A stretch of DNA of 64,000 bases from assembly GCA_963717465.1 (NCBI GenBank), contig OY970340.1, forward strand, positions 1,536,001 through 1,600,000. The letters are read 5' to 3'. The position numbers and the translations under genes were made by a program. This DNA comes from Candidatus Bathyarchaeota archaeon (GTDB lineage Archaea > Thermoproteota > Bathyarchaeia > Bathyarchaeales > Bathycorpusculaceae). The notes beneath the pieces were generated by a model. The model was not told where the DNA came from and ran no database searches. It saw only the letters and a list, made by a program, of their open reading frames with translations. The number at the start of each line of letters is the position of its first letter. The first letter of the stretch is position 1. Positions 29,920 through 40,113 of this stretch are shown in pieces.

Positions 29920-30538
29920 ATGACCAACAAAAACGGACTGATGTTCCTTGTTAAAACTCAAGACTTAAAGATTCTTGTTGTTGGATCCGGAAAGATTGCT
30001 CGAAGAAAGATCTTTAAGCTCTCCGATGCAGGAGCAGATTTCACCGTTGTATCCAAAGATAAACCATCATTTACAGCCGCAAGAGTGAAGTTTGTTGTTG
30101 ATGAAGGGTTAAACTACACCAAAAAAAACATCAGTAATTTTGACATTATAGTAGCAGCGACTAACAATAAAGAAGTAAACAACAAAATTGCAGAACTCGC
30201 ATTGAAAGAAAAAACATCAATGTGGTAACCAACCCTGAAAAATGCAACATTTTCTTCCCAGCAATAATAGATTTCAAAAACTTCCAGATAGTGTAACGAC
30301 ACAAGGCAAAAGTCCGCTTATGGCAAAAATGCTCAAAAAGAAAATCCTAAAAGCAATCAAGAAAGAGGATCTTGACCAGATAAACTTTGCAATCCGAGCT
30401 AGAGAAGTTTTAAAGAGAAACAATTATGGCGCAGAAGAGATAAAAGAATTCGTTAAATCCATAGACAAATAAGCTGTAGATAAAATAACAGATGATGAAA
30501 TCCTAAAACGGGCAAACAAGCTTCGTAAAGTATTTTAA
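29920..30538 (+). pseudogene. sirC: precorrin-2 dehydrogenase (SirC/Met8-like) with two frameshifts and an in-frame TAA
   Basis: VVGSGKIARRK, AATNN.EVN, then NVVTNPEKCNIFFPA, then VTTQGKSPLMA in successive frames; TAA at 30470-30472 followed by open frame to 30538. Confidence 0.75.
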
Positions 30539-30575
30539 AATAACTGAAAGTTCAAGAATTAAGGGTCAGCGTTTT

Positions 30576-31952
30576 TTATCTGTGCCTGTAAGATTGGCAT
30601 GAATTAACGAATTTGCGTACTGTTTTTGGGCATGCAAGATAGAGGAGATGCGTATACATTCCCAAGGTCTCGTTATAGCGCAAGCCATCCATTGAGTTGT
30701 TGATGCCTTTTCCTCGAAGAACCTTGAACATAAAATTAGTTTCATTCAGGTTTTGTATGGCTGAGTAGTGGAACTCATGACCTTTAAGGCGGTCGCCCTG
30801 CTCAGCGATTGGATTGGCAGCTGTTGATTCGAGTAAAACGTAGCTGAGAGCTTGAGGTTTATCGCGCATCACGGCTTCACCGTTGAATACGCCGGCCATT
30901 CTCATTTTTGAACCTCCAGTTGTTATTGAATTGCACAGGTACATTAATCCGCCGCATTCGCCAATGATCGGCATGCCATTGTCAGACTTGTCTTTGACGT
31001 CCTTTCTTAAAGACGAGTTAGCTTCCAGCTGACGTGCGAAAACCTCAGGATAACCTCCCCCAATTATTAGGCCTGACGTATCATCGCCAACATTCGTATC
31101 GGATAAACTGTTTATTGTGTGCACGTTAACGCCACACTGCCGTAACGCGTCAATGTTGTCGGCGTAATAGAAAGTAAATGCTGAATCAGTGAATACTCCT
31201 ACAGTCACATTCGGTCCACTATTGTCTGGAACTTTTTCTTCTTCAGGAGCCTCCAGCGGCGGAGCAGTTTTCATTATGTTGAGAAGGCCTTCAAGATCAA
31301 ATGTTTCTTCAAGCATTAAACCAACAGATTCGATGACTCGAAGTGTCTCAGCGTTTTCCTGAACCGTGAGAAGACCTAAATGTCTCTTCGGAATCGCGAA
31401 GGACGAATCACGATATACTACGCCTAAAACAGGAATGTTAGCATAATATGAAATCGCGGATCGCAACTTGTCCTCGTGACGCTTGTCACTAACTTTGTTG
31501 AGGATTACTCCGGCTACCTGCACGTTTTTATCAAAAGCTTTTAAGCCTAAAAGGTTGGCTGCTGCACTTCTCGTGATACTTTGACAGTTCAACACAATTA
31601 TCACAGGTGCATTGAGAATCTTGGCAATGTGCGCTGTGCTTCCATGCTCATCCAGAGGCGATTCAGCCTCGTAGAGGCCTCTTACACCCTCTATTATTGC
31701 AAGATCTGCTTTTGCCGCTGACTTTATGAACGAGCGCTTAATCGTCTCTTCATTCATGATCCATGAGTCAAGATTTCTCGAGGGCACGCCTGAAGCTATC
31801 GTATGGTAGCCTGGGTCGATGTAGTCGGGTCCAACTTTAAACGGCTGAACCCTGTAACCATGCTTATTCAGCAGCCAAAGAAGAGCCGTGGTCACTAATG
31901 TTTTTCCAGCATCGCTACCGTTGGCTGATATAACTACTCTAGGAGTGCTCAA
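30576..31952 (-). CDS. cfbB: Ni-sirohydrochlorin a,c-diamide synthase (CbiA/CobB homolog)
   Basis: GKT, FKVGPDYIDP, EGVRGLYE, RHLGL, ECGGLMYL, GHEFHYS; operon context. Confidence 0.85.
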   Translation of the reverse strand: MSTPRVVISANGSDAGKTLVTTALLWLLNKHGYRVQPFKVGPDYIDPGYHTIASGVPSRNLDSWIMNEETIKRSFIKSAAKADLAIIEGVRGLYEAESPLDEHGSTAHIAKILNAPVIIVLNCQSITRSAAANLLGLKAFDKNVQVAGVILNKVSDKRHEDKLRSAISYYANIPVLGVVYRDSSFAIPKRHLGLLTVQENAETLRVIESVGLMLEETFDLEGLLNIMKTAPPLEAPEEEKVPDNSGPNVTVGVFTDSAFTFYYADNIDALRQCGVNVHTINSLSDTNVGDDTSGLIIGGGYPEVFARQLEANSSLRKDVKDKSDNGMPIIGECGGLMYLCNSITTGGSKMRMAGVFNGEAVMRDKPQALSYVLLESTAANPIAEQGDRLKGHEFHYSAIQNLNETNFMFKVLRGKGINNSMDGLRYNETLGMYTHLLYLACPKTVRKFVNSCQSYRHR

Positions 31953-32736
31953 ACCTTAAAACCTCTAAGTCTTCATCCGAAATGAATTCCGGAACTCTTG
32001 AGAACTCATTTTTAAGGACGTTACTTGCAAGCTTCTTGAACGCTGTAGCCTCAACTGAGGAAGGGTAGGCCTCAATAACAGTTTTGTTTATGCGATCACA
32101 GACCTGAACAATTTCCGATGTGGGAGCCTCACCGATGATCGGCGTCTGGATTGCACGAGATAACTGTTCTATGTACTTGCGGCCTTCATCGCTTGCCTTG
32201 TTGTAGAGGAGACCGCATACTTTAACTTTTAACGATTTGAAACCATGGCAGAGATTGTTTGCGGCAAACAACGACATAAAATCATCTGAGGACACAATGA
32301 AAGTGTCTTTTGCATAACCTTCCTTGACCACTATTGCAAGTCCTCCACAAACAATGTCCGCTGGTACATCAAAAATTACCACATCATAAGAGCCGACAAT
32401 ACCGCAATCGTTAAGATACTTTAGACCAATAATCAAGCCTCTTCCTGCACAACCTACACCTGGCTCTGGACCTCCGATTTCAACGCAGGATACCCCATTA
32501 AACCCAGTTCGCAAAAACAATGAAGAATCAGGCTTCTTGTTTGTTTTCATAATCTCCAAAAGCGGCTTAATCCTCTTACCAACTATATTTATTGCAGTGT
32601 CTGATTTGGGATCACAGCCTACCAGAAGAGTCTTAAGCTTTTCGCCTCCGTAAACAGCGGCGATATTGCTTGAAATTGTTGATTTTCCTATCCCGCCTTT
32701 ACCGTAGACTGCAAATGTCCTTGTCATTCTAGCCAA
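31939..32736 (-). CDS. cfbC: Ni-sirohydrochlorin a,c-diamide reductive cyclase ATP-dependent reductase (NifH-like)
   Basis: YGKGGIGKST, GCDPK, GGPEPGVGCAGRG, DIVCGG; adjacent to cfbD. Confidence 0.88.
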   Translation of the reverse strand: MARMTRTFAVYGKGGIGKSTISSNIAAVYGGEKLKTLLVGCDPKSDTAINIVGKRIKPLLEIMKTNKKPDSSLFLRTGFNGVSCVEIGGPEPGVGCAGRGLIIGLKYLNDCGIVGSYDVVIFDVPADIVCGGLAIVVKEGYAKDTFIVSSDDFMSLFAANNLCHGFKSLKVKVCGLLYNKASDEGRKYIEQLSRAIQTPIIGEAPTSEIVQVCDRINKTVIEAYPSSVEATAFKKLASNVLKNEFSRVPEFISDEDLEVLRFEHS

Positions 32737-33814
32737 CCGCCTTTCTCAGGGCGTATCCAAATCTTGATTGCTGAACCCGTTTATCTACTCCAAGGGAAAC
32801 TGCGTGAGCGTCTCTATCAGCAACGGCAAATGTGTATCCGAGAGTTTTCAAATTTGATATTGCTCTGGTACCTACGGTGACAACTACGCATTTCATGGCA
32901 TTTTCCAATTCTACGGCATGAGGTATCCCTGCAATAATGGCAATGTCAGGGGGATCATTTAGCAAAAATTCTTTTGCTTTAATGCCAGTTAATGGGTACT
33001 CATCCAGTCCTCCAGTGATGAAATCTAATTTTACCTGGTTATCTTGCAAGGTCTTGCGTACTGTGGATGCATATGATCGTATCCTTGGCAACCCAATATT
33101 CTCATCAAGGTTTGCAATGTATCTAACCTTCGCTCGACTCCTGACTGCCACTTCATTCATTGCAAGCAGAACGTCTGAGTAGAGAAAAACGGTCTCTTTC
33201 TTTGCGTTAAGAACGCAGTCTATGCGAGCACCTTCTTTGGCCAGTTTTATGATTGAGCGGGCGACTGCTACTGGATTATCGCCAGGCTTAGGCTCAAGGT
33301 ACTCACCCCTAGCGGTTCCTCTTTTCTTTTCTAAATCGGTTGCCATTTCTAGCATTTTTTGTTGGCGATTGAATTCTTCTTGTGGGATAAGACCGAGACC
33401 TACTGCTTCTTTTAGCACCATTACGGCGCCAACAGTGTTATCGCCACTCCCACTGTGGACATTACAGCATATCGTCTTCTTGGATACGCCTGCTTCTTGT
33501 GCAACTTTCTTGAGGTCTTCTCCAATAATCATGCTAGCGCAGCTGCCGACAAGCCCTATCAAGTGTGGACTGAAAAGTTCATCAACTCTTTTGAGAACCT
33601 TTGCAAGCTTTTGCTCAGCGCCGAAGACAAAATCATCATCTGTCAACGCAGTAGTTATTACTTTCACTCCGTCTTTTTCAAGGAGCCGCGCTGGTCTAAA
33701 GCAGCATCCCGATGGACCATGTAAAACTATTACATCAGTGTTAAGATCCCTCAGAGTGTACATTGCGGCAGCAAGCGGACTTGGTCGAGGATGCATAATA
33801 ATTGACATATTCAA
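32729..33814 (-). CDS. cfbD: reductive cyclase catalytic subunit (NflD)
   Basis: HPRPSPLAAAMYTLRDL, HGPSGCCF..ARLLE.DG, CASMIIGEDL, NAKKET, TGGLDEYP. Confidence 0.92.
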   Translation of the reverse strand: MNMSIIMHPRPSPLAAAMYTLRDLNTDVIVLHGPSGCCFRPARLLEKDGVKVITTALTDDDFVFGAEQKLAKVLKRVDELFSPHLIGLVGSCASMIIGEDLKKVAQEAGVSKKTICCNVHSGSGDNTVGAVMVLKEAVGLGLIPQEEFNRQQKMLEMATDLEKKRGTARGEYLEPKPGDNPVAVARSIIKLAKEGARIDCVLNAKKETVFLYSDVLLAMNEVAVRSRAKVRYIANLDENIGLPRIRSYASTVRKTLQDNQVKLDFITGGLDEYPLTGIKAKEFLLNDPPDIAIIAGIPHAVELENAMKCVVVTVGTRAISNLKTLGYTFAVADRDAHAVSLGVDKRVQQSRFGYALRKAVG

Positions 33815-35112
33815 CGCCGCTCCAAATACAATACTGATTTACCATTTAGCGAATTCATATCAACAATTTTCTTATTCTTTAACAATGACTTTACAGCATC
33901 TCCGAGCTCGCCAAATAGCGCTACTTGGTTAACTTGGCTGCAATTGTTTATTACATTTGCAAACTCGTGTATGTCCATAAACCCGCAGGTTGTCTTGATC
34001 GTCCCGCCGATGCATAGCGAAACAGGAGAAGAATAAACTTCAATAAAATCGTTAATGGATTGCTGCAACGACACTGGATTAATCGAGGAGCTGATATTAA
34101 CAATTCTTTTTGGAACTTTTTCGTCAAGAACCATCTTATTCGCTACGCCATCAAAACTTTCCAATTGTGCAATCTCCTTATCGCCTCCACCTAGAAAGAC
34201 TACGATGGTCAATGCAAGCAAAAGGTTCTCTACATGTTGCCTTCCAACTAATCTGGAACTGGCATACACTGGGTACTTTTCAGAGACATGTTTTCCTTTA
34301 AAATTTTGAAAGTTGTTAAATGTGGCATTGAACCTGATGCCGGGTGCACTTAACTGAACACTGTCAGCAGTGACTTCAGCTGTTTTTCCCATGGTGGAAA
34401 ATCGCTGCACATTTTCGAGAGCACAGAGCAATGGATCGTCAGCGTTAACAAGCGTAAAAGCAGATGGTCGCTTGTTTTTAATCATTGATGTCTTGGCATC
34501 GAAAGCGTGTAGAGTCTCAGCCGCAATCGGGTAATTATCGTATACGTTCTTTATGATTCCCAGATCGGCGAGGCCTGTTCCGCCGAGCGATACCTCAAAT
34601 ATGGCTGCGTCGAATGGTTTGGGGCAAAGCCTGACTGCTCGAATAATGTTTGCTGGTGTTGTGCTGACTTTTCCAGTTAGAGGCGTTACTGTGCCGCGGT
34701 TAACGTGAAAGATGCCCTCACTAGTTAGTGCAAGTATTGAGAGCCGACTCTTAATCATGTGCAGAGCAGCTAGTATAGTTTCAGTTTTTCCATAGCTTCC
34801 CGTAATTTCGACGACAGGGCACTTTAATTCTTTTTCCAGAAGATAATTGACTGCTTGATGAGCGGTAATTACACGTTTGTTTTTCAGGTCACCGAGACGT
34901 TTCCTTGGGAAGTGAATTGGGCTTATTATAAGATCAAATCCATCAAGATCTGGCAATTCTTTTTCTATTCTGAAGGTTCCTTTGAAGTTATCCGCGACTT
35001 CTTTGCTGACGGTTTTGTGTACATCTGCACATACTACCTCGTAGCCTTTCTTCACGTATTCTTCTGAAAGGGTGAGGCCGCCGTGTGTTGCATCAATCAC
35101 TAAAACTTTCAT
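33811..35112 (-). CDS. cfbE: coenzyme F430 synthetase (Mur-ligase-like)
   Basis: N-terminal LVIDATHGG, SPIH, EITGSYGKT, TPAN, FEVSLGGTG, YPIA. Confidence 0.88.
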   Translation of the reverse strand: MKVLVIDATHGGLTLSEEYVKKGYEVVCADVHKTVSKEVADNFKGTFRIEKELPDLDGFDLIISPIHFPRKRLGDLKNKRVITAHQAVNYLLEKELKCPVVEITGSYGKTETILAALHMIKSRLSILALTSEGIFHVNRGTVTPLTGKVSTTPANIIRAVRLCPKPFDAAIFEVSLGGTGLADLGIIKNVYDNYPIAAETLHAFDAKTSMIKNKRPSAFTLVNADDPLLCALENVQRFSTMGKTAEVTADSVQLSAPGIRFNATFNNFQNFKGKHVSEKYPVYASSRLVGRQHVENLLLALTIVVFLGGGDKEIAQLESFDGVANKMVLDEKVPKRIVNISSSINPVSLQQSINDFIEVYSSPVSLCIGGTIKTTCGFMDIHEFANVINNCSQVNQVALFGELGDAVKSLLKNKKIVDMNSLNGKSVLYLERR

Positions 35113-35502
35113 TTAAAGCGCCTCTGCAGACGAAATGACGTCGCTGAGTATGTCAATTAGCCGTGGGTCTTTTCCGATTGGTTCAGCGTACACGAGAAGA
35201 ACCTCTTTATCCTTAGCTTTTAATGTCCTCTTTTTGGTGCCTGGCTTTAATCCTAATTCTTCAGGTATATCTTGGTCAATATGAATTCCTCTTGCCAAAA
35301 AGACGGGGACAACTATTATTTTCTCCATGCCAGCATCTATCGCTCTTTGCATAACTGTTGGAATCGACGGATCGTTGATTTGCATGAATGCTGAAGAAAC
35401 AAAATCATAGCGACTCTTAAGCTTTGAAGCGTAGAATTCAATCGTTTCTTTGTTGTATGGTTCTTTGCTTCCGTGTCCTACTAAAATTATTCCAGTTTTC
35501 AT
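35113..35502 (-). CDS. cfbA: sirohydrochlorin nickelochelatase (short CbiX type)
   Basis: GHGSKEPYN and VPVFLARGIHI..DIP; 129 aa; context. Confidence 0.85.
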   Translation of the reverse strand: MKTGIILVGHGSKEPYNKETIEFYASKLKSRYDFVSSAFMQINDPSIPTVMQRAIDAGMEKIIVVPVFLARGIHIDQDIPEELGLKPGTKKRTLKAKDKEVLLVYAEPIGKDPRLIDILSDVISSAEAL

Positions 35503-36974
35503 TAGTTTTGCTTTCCCTCCTTTAGTTTCATTAAAACGCCATCAAGCGTGTGAACATCAGATACCTCAGGGTTAAGATTATACACGTCCAGTTCCTTAGC
35601 TGTCTCAGAACCAATACATACAGTTCTCACTTTCTTTAGCTTTGAGATAAGATCATCAAGAGCGTCTTTAAGCTTGAAGTATTCAATTATATAGTGAACT
35701 GAGGATCGGCTTGTAAAAACAACCGTGTCAACGCCACTTGCGAGTTGTTTGTAAAAGCTTTCTAGACCTTGCTCGTCTCGTTCTGTTCTGTATAGCTTGA
35801 ATTCGGTGACTTTCATGTTGGCGCTGTGAAGCTTTTCGGAGAGAGAACTGTCAGCAAATGTGCTCCGCACTAATGCAACGCGACCCAACTCGCCTTTTTT
35901 ATCGATTAGTATTTCAAGGAGTCCAGTGCTGCTGAAATCCGAAGGAATAGTTTCGACGCTAATGCCTTTTGCTTCCAAAGACTTCTTTGTAGATGGCCCA
36001 ATAGCGTAGACCTTTACGCGTGACAAATAATCGAGATTTTCACGGTCAAAGTTAATCATGTCTACGGCTCTTGGGCTCATGAAAACAAGCGAATCGAATA
36101 ATTTTGATTTTAAGGCCGCAAGAAAAGCAGTTATTTCTTCTTGGTTGGCAATCAACTTTATAACGGGCGTGACGATGGGAGTGAATCCTGAAGTGAAGAA
36201 TTTTGAGGCAATAGATGTATCTAAAGAGGTTAAAAGAACCTTATTAGTACTCAGTGCTTTTGCAACTACATCGCCTATGACCACAACTACTGAATCTGCC
36301 TTTTCACTTACTTTGTCAGCAATGGTACTCACTGTTCCAAGAGTGACCGACAGGTCTTTTCCCTTTAGCGTCAGGGCCGCCACAGCCTTTTCTGGATTCA
36401 TCCCGCTGCCCATGAACGTTTGCATAATGCTCAGGAGGTTTTTCTTTGCCATCAACAATACAATTGTTCCATCGAATTTCGCATGCTTAGCAAAATAAGA
36501 TGCGTCTTCAGGCGATGCATGATGCCCCGTTAAGATCAGAATTGAAGATGAGACTTCCCGTATAGTTAAAGGGATACCAGCAAAAGTGGGTATAGCAATT
36601 GCAGAAGTTAAACCGGGAACCAACTCAAACTCGATGCCTGCATCTTTCAGCGCGAGCAGTTCTTCCCCCCCTCTGCCAAATATGAACGGATCGCCACTCT
36701 TTAACCGGACAACCGATTCGCCTTCATTCGCTTTTGTAGTTAAAGTTTTGATTATTTCTTTTTGAATAGCTGGGTCATCACCAGGCTCTTTTCCCATATA
36801 AATCAATTCAACGCCTGGTTTAGCTAATTCAATTACAGAGCTGTCAACAAGCCGATCATACACTACTACATCCGCCTCAGCTATCACCTTCGCAGCCTTG
36901 ATAGTGAGAAAATCTATACTGCCAACGCCCGCACCAACCAGATACACCTTTCCTTTTATCAGTTTAGCCTCCAA
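35502..36974 (-). CDS. cobA-hemD: uroporphyrinogen-III C-methyltransferase / uroporphyrinogen-III synthase fusion
   Basis: LVGAG.G, YDRLV, RLKSGDPFIFGRGGEE, VPGLTS; C-terminal HemD features AIGPST and FTSRSSV. Confidence 0.9.
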   Translation of the reverse strand: MEAKLIKGKVYLVGAGVGSIDFLTIKAAKVIAEADVVVYDRLVDSSVIELAKPGVELIYMGKEPGDDPAIQKEIIKTLTTKANEGESVVRLKSGDPFIFGRGGEELLALKDAGIEFELVPGLTSAIAIPTFAGIPLTIREVSSSILILTGHHASPEDASYFAKHAKFDGTIVLLMAKKNLLSIMQTFMGSGMNPEKAVAALTLKGKDLSVTLGTVSTIADKVSEKADSVVVVIGDVVAKALSTNKVLLTSLDTSIASKFFTSGFTPIVTPVIKLIANQEEITAFLAALKSKLFDSLVFMSPRAVDMINFDRENLDYLSRVKVYAIGPSTKKSLEAKGISVETIPSDFSSTGLLEILIDKKGELGRVALVRSTFADSSLSEKLHSANMKVTEFKLYRTERDEQGLESFYKQLASGVDTVVFTSRSSVHYIIEYFKLKDALDDLISKLKKVRTVCIGSETAKELDVYNLNPEVSDVHTLDGVLMKLKEGKQN

Positions 36975-37873
36975 AACGTCTTAACTATCTCGTCTTCAAG
37001 CATCAGTTGAGCAGCACGCCTACCAGACAATACGGGGTCGCCGAACCCCATATCTATAGATTCTACCTTAAACTTGGCACCATCTACAGAGTAAACACCC
37101 GCGGTTATTCTCAGTCGCCCGTCTTTTGCAGTGGCTGTGCAGCCAACTGGCGAGGCGCATCCTCCACCTAAAGTTCGCAGAAATTCCCGTTCAGCCAAAA
37201 CTTCAGCTTGATATGCAGGAGAATTTATGCTTGCAACTAAATCCGTCAAGTACTGGTCAGAGGAAGAATTGCGAACAAGCACGCAGATTGCGGCTTGACC
37301 TGGGCTTGTCGGAAATGACTCTATGCTAAGTCGCTCTACAGTCTTCGGTAGCAAGCCAAGCCTCAAAAGTCCAGCTTCGGCTAATACAGCGCCATCGCAG
37401 GATTCGCCCATTACTTTCTTAAGTCTCGTGTCTACGTTGCCTCTCAGTGGAAGGATCTGGAGGTCTTTCTTGACAGCCATTAATTGTGCTTTTCGCCTCA
37501 CACTGCTAGTGGCCAATTTTGCGTGCGCTGGTAAGGCTGCGAGTGACGGGTAGCGGGCGGAGATGAAAACATCATTCGGTGATTCGCGGTCAGGAATCGC
37601 ACCTAGTTTGATACTTGGTGAAATGTTTAAGGGCACATCCTTCATGCTGTGGACTGCCAAATCAATCGTTCCGTCTATTAATGCGTTATCAACTTCTTTT
37701 TCAAAAGCGCCCTCACCAATCTTGTGCATCGGCGTGCGCGTTATGATGTCGCCTTGTGTTTTTATTGGGACAACTTCAAACTGGGCATCTGTGAACTTGG
37801 CTAGTTTATTGATTACAATGTCTGTTTGTATTAGTGCTAGTTTGCTGCCTCTTGTCCCTATTTTGATCTTCAT
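36959..37873 (-). CDS. hemC: hydroxymethylbilane synthase
   Basis: GTRGSKLAL.Q, AVHSMKDVP, LRGNVDTRL, GGGC..PVG. Confidence 0.95.
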   Translation of the reverse strand: MKIKIGTRGSKLALIQTDIVINKLAKFTDAQFEVVPIKTQGDIITRTPMHKIGEGAFEKEVDNALIDGTIDLAVHSMKDVPLNISPSIKLGAIPDRESPNDVFISARYPSLAALPAHAKLATSSVRRKAQLMAVKKDLQILPLRGNVDTRLKKVMGESCDGAVLAEAGLLRLGLLPKTVERLSIESFPTSPGQAAICVLVRNSSSDQYLTDLVASINSPAYQAEVLAEREFLRTLGGGCASPVGCTATAKDGRLRITAGVYSVDGAKFKVESIDMGFGDPVLSGRRAAQLMLEDEIVKTFWRLN

Positions 37874-39135
37874 TAAGGTTTCACTTGAGTCTGATTTACC
37901 GATTTAATCGAGATCTTCATGGTTTCGATGGTTTTTTCAATGTCTTCTTTTGAGTGTGCAGTTGAAAGGAAAGAACATTCAAATTGAGAAGGAGGTATGT
38001 ACACTCCGTTGTCTAAGAGCGATCTGTGGAACTTTTTGAAGGTTTCAAGCTTAGACTTTTTCGCCGAGGCATAATCGATTACCTTCTCAGACGTGAAGAA
38101 TACTGTAAAGATGGATGCTAAAATTGATAAGTAAAAATCTATTTTTTCGTCGCTTAGAATGTCGCTGATTGCTGAGCATAAAGAGCTAGTGTTCTGCCTA
38201 AGCTGGCGGTACAGTGATTCGTCGAGTTTTCGCAAAGATGCAATGCCGGCTGCCATGCTTAGAGGGTTGCCATTGAAAGTTCCAGCGTTATACATGCGGC
38301 CCTCAGGAGCGACAAGATGCATAATATCCTCTCTACCCCCAAAGGCTCCCATTGGGAGACCACCACCTAAGACTTTACCAAGCGTTGTTAGGTCCGCATG
38401 CACATTATAGTACTCTTGAGCACCTCCTTTTGCGATTCTAAACCCTGTTATGACTTCATCAAAAATGAGGAGGGCACCAGTCTCATCGCATCTTCTTCTG
38501 ATCTCGTCAAGAAAGCCTGAAAGAGGCTGCACAAGTCCTATATTTCCCATAACTGGTTCAACTATTACGCAAGCAGTTTCTTCTCCTATCTTATCTAAAG
38601 CGTGAAAATCGTTGAAAGGAATAACTTTAGTCTTCTCGGCTACCACTTTGGGTACTCCATCTGAAAAAGGAGCCTGAGAAGTACCTACACCATTTACCAT
38701 TAAAGAGTCCACTGCGCCATGGTAGCAGCCGTCAAACTTGACGACGACCTCTCTTTTCGTGCAGGCCCTGGCCAGCCGGATGGCATTGGTTGTAGCCTCA
38801 CCTCCAGAGTTCACAAATCGTAACTTTTCAATAGAAGGAAAGGCTTTCTTAACTTCTTCTCCGAGCATAATTTCAAGGGCTGAAGGTGTTCCGTAAACTG
38901 TTCCTTTTGAAAGTTGATCTTTCAAAGCGTCTACAATAAATTGTGGTGAATGCCCAAATAGCAAGACCCCGTACGCCATACAGTAATCGATGATTTCTCT
39001 TTTATCAGCAGTGTAAAGCCTTGAACCGTGGGCATGATCTGTAAAAAAAGGATAAGGATCAAAATATCTCACCGGACTGTTGACTCCTTTCGGAAATATC
39101 GCTGAGCTTCTGGAGAAGAGTTCCTTTGAGTCCAT
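37873..39135 (-). CDS. hemL: glutamate-1-semialdehyde 2,1-aminomutase
   Basis: GVNSPVR, FDEVITGFR, GKVLGGGLP, GTFNGNP. Confidence 0.95.
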   Translation of the reverse strand: MDSKELFSRSSAIFPKGVNSPVRYFDPYPFFTDHAHGSRLYTADKREIIDYCMAYGVLLFGHSPQFIVDALKDQLSKGTVYGTPSALEIMLGEEVKKAFPSIEKLRFVNSGGEATTNAIRLARACTKREVVVKFDGCYHGAVDSLMVNGVGTSQAPFSDGVPKVVAEKTKVIPFNDFHALDKIGEETACVIVEPVMGNIGLVQPLSGFLDEIRRRCDETGALLIFDEVITGFRIAKGGAQEYYNVHADLTTLGKVLGGGLPMGAFGGREDIMHLVAPEGRMYNAGTFNGNPLSMAAGIASLRKLDESLYRQLRQNTSSLCSAISDILSDEKIDFYLSILASIFTVFFTSEKVIDYASAKKSKLETFKKFHRSLLDNGVYIPPSQFECSFLSTAHSKEDIEKTIETMKISIKSVNQTQVKP

Positions 39136-40113
39136 TTACTTGTCCTCTTTTAGCCATTCAATCAACTGCGGAGTGAAGTATGAGATTATGATATCGGCGC
39201 CAGCTCGTTTCATAGAAAGCACGGTTTCTAATGCTACCTTCTTCTCTTCAGTCTTTGTGTGTTCACAATACAATTTGATCATCACGTATTCGCCGCTAAC
39301 TTGAAATAGGGCAAGAGGTCGATAGAAGCGTCTCTTGATTTGAGCTGCAATATCAAGGCAGGGAAGAGCTGGCTTAACCATAAGGATGTCCGCACCTTCC
39401 TTGACGTCTAATGATGCTTCTAGTAGAGCTTCTTTCTTGTTGCGAACATCCATCTGGTATGATGAGCGATCACCGAATGCTGGTGAGGAACCGACTACTT
39501 CTCTAAATGGGCTGTAGAGAGAAGAAGCATATTTTGTGGTGTATGACATTATCAACGTGTCATGAAAGCCATTGCTGTCAAGCATGGTTCTTATGGCAGC
39601 AACCTGTCCATCTGTCATCGCTGAAGGCGCCACAATATCTGCTCCAGCTTCGGCATGGCTCACAGCTACTTTGGCTAAAGACTCGACAGTCTTTGTGATG
39701 TTAATTCGCCCATTATCATTTATTATTCCACAGTGACCATGACTCGTATATTCGCAGAGGCAAACATCAGTTATCAAATTAAGGGTTGGAAATTCTTTCT
39801 TTAGAATTCTTAACGACTCTTGAACGACGCCGTCTTTTGCATACGCATCTGATCCTAAATCGTCCTTCTTTGAGGTTATTCCGAAGATAATTACAGAATT
39901 AAGACCATTTTTCCAAATGGGACGAACATAGTCAGCGACTTGATCTATGGGCAGTCGCATTAATCCAGACCTGAAGACCTCCTCGATCTTTCCACCTTTT
40001 TTTACGAAAAGAGGAAGAACCAAGCTTGATGGATTTAAACTGGTTTCAGCTACAAGATTTCTTATCGCGGGGGACTGTCTCAACCTGCTGGGCATAATTG
40101 CGTTCATTAACAC
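39136..40113 (-). CDS. hemB: porphobilinogen synthase (Zn type)
   Basis: DVCLCEYTSHGHCG, KYAS..Y.PFR, MVKPA, QVSGEY. Confidence 0.95.
   Translation of the reverse strand: MLMNAIMPSRLRQSPAIRNLVAETSLNPSSLVLPLFVKKGGKIEEVFRSGLMRLPIDQVADYVRPIWKNGLNSVIIFGITSKKDDLGSDAYAKDGVVQESLRILKKEFPTLNLITDVCLCEYTSHGHCGIINDNGRINITKTVESLAKVAVSHAEAGADIVAPSAMTDGQVAAIRTMLDSNGFHDTLIMSYTTKYASSLYSPFREVVGSSPAFGDRSSYQMDVRNKKEALLEASLDVKEGADILMVKPALPCLDIAAQIKRRFYRPLALFQVSGEYVMIKLYCEHTKTEEKKVALETVLSMKRAGADIIISYFTPQLIEWLKEDK

Noticed and set aside
31939..33814. NifH/NifD-like genes read as nitrogenase or protochlorophyllide reductase
   Set aside because: There is a single short D-like subunit with CfbD motifs, no nifK/E/N/B or bch genes, and it is flanked by cfbA/B/E.
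33222..33932. 236-aa + strand ORF and the many other antisense ORFs in the track (e.g. 271-696, 28627-29082, 36058-36498)
   Set aside because: They are shadows of well-supported genes on the opposite strand and have no recognisable motifs.
30576..36974. Cluster read as cobalamin biosynthesis (cbiA, cbiX, cobA)
   Set aside because: No cbiL/H/F/G/D/J/ET/C/P genes are present; the Mur-ligase-like and Nfl genes point to F430.
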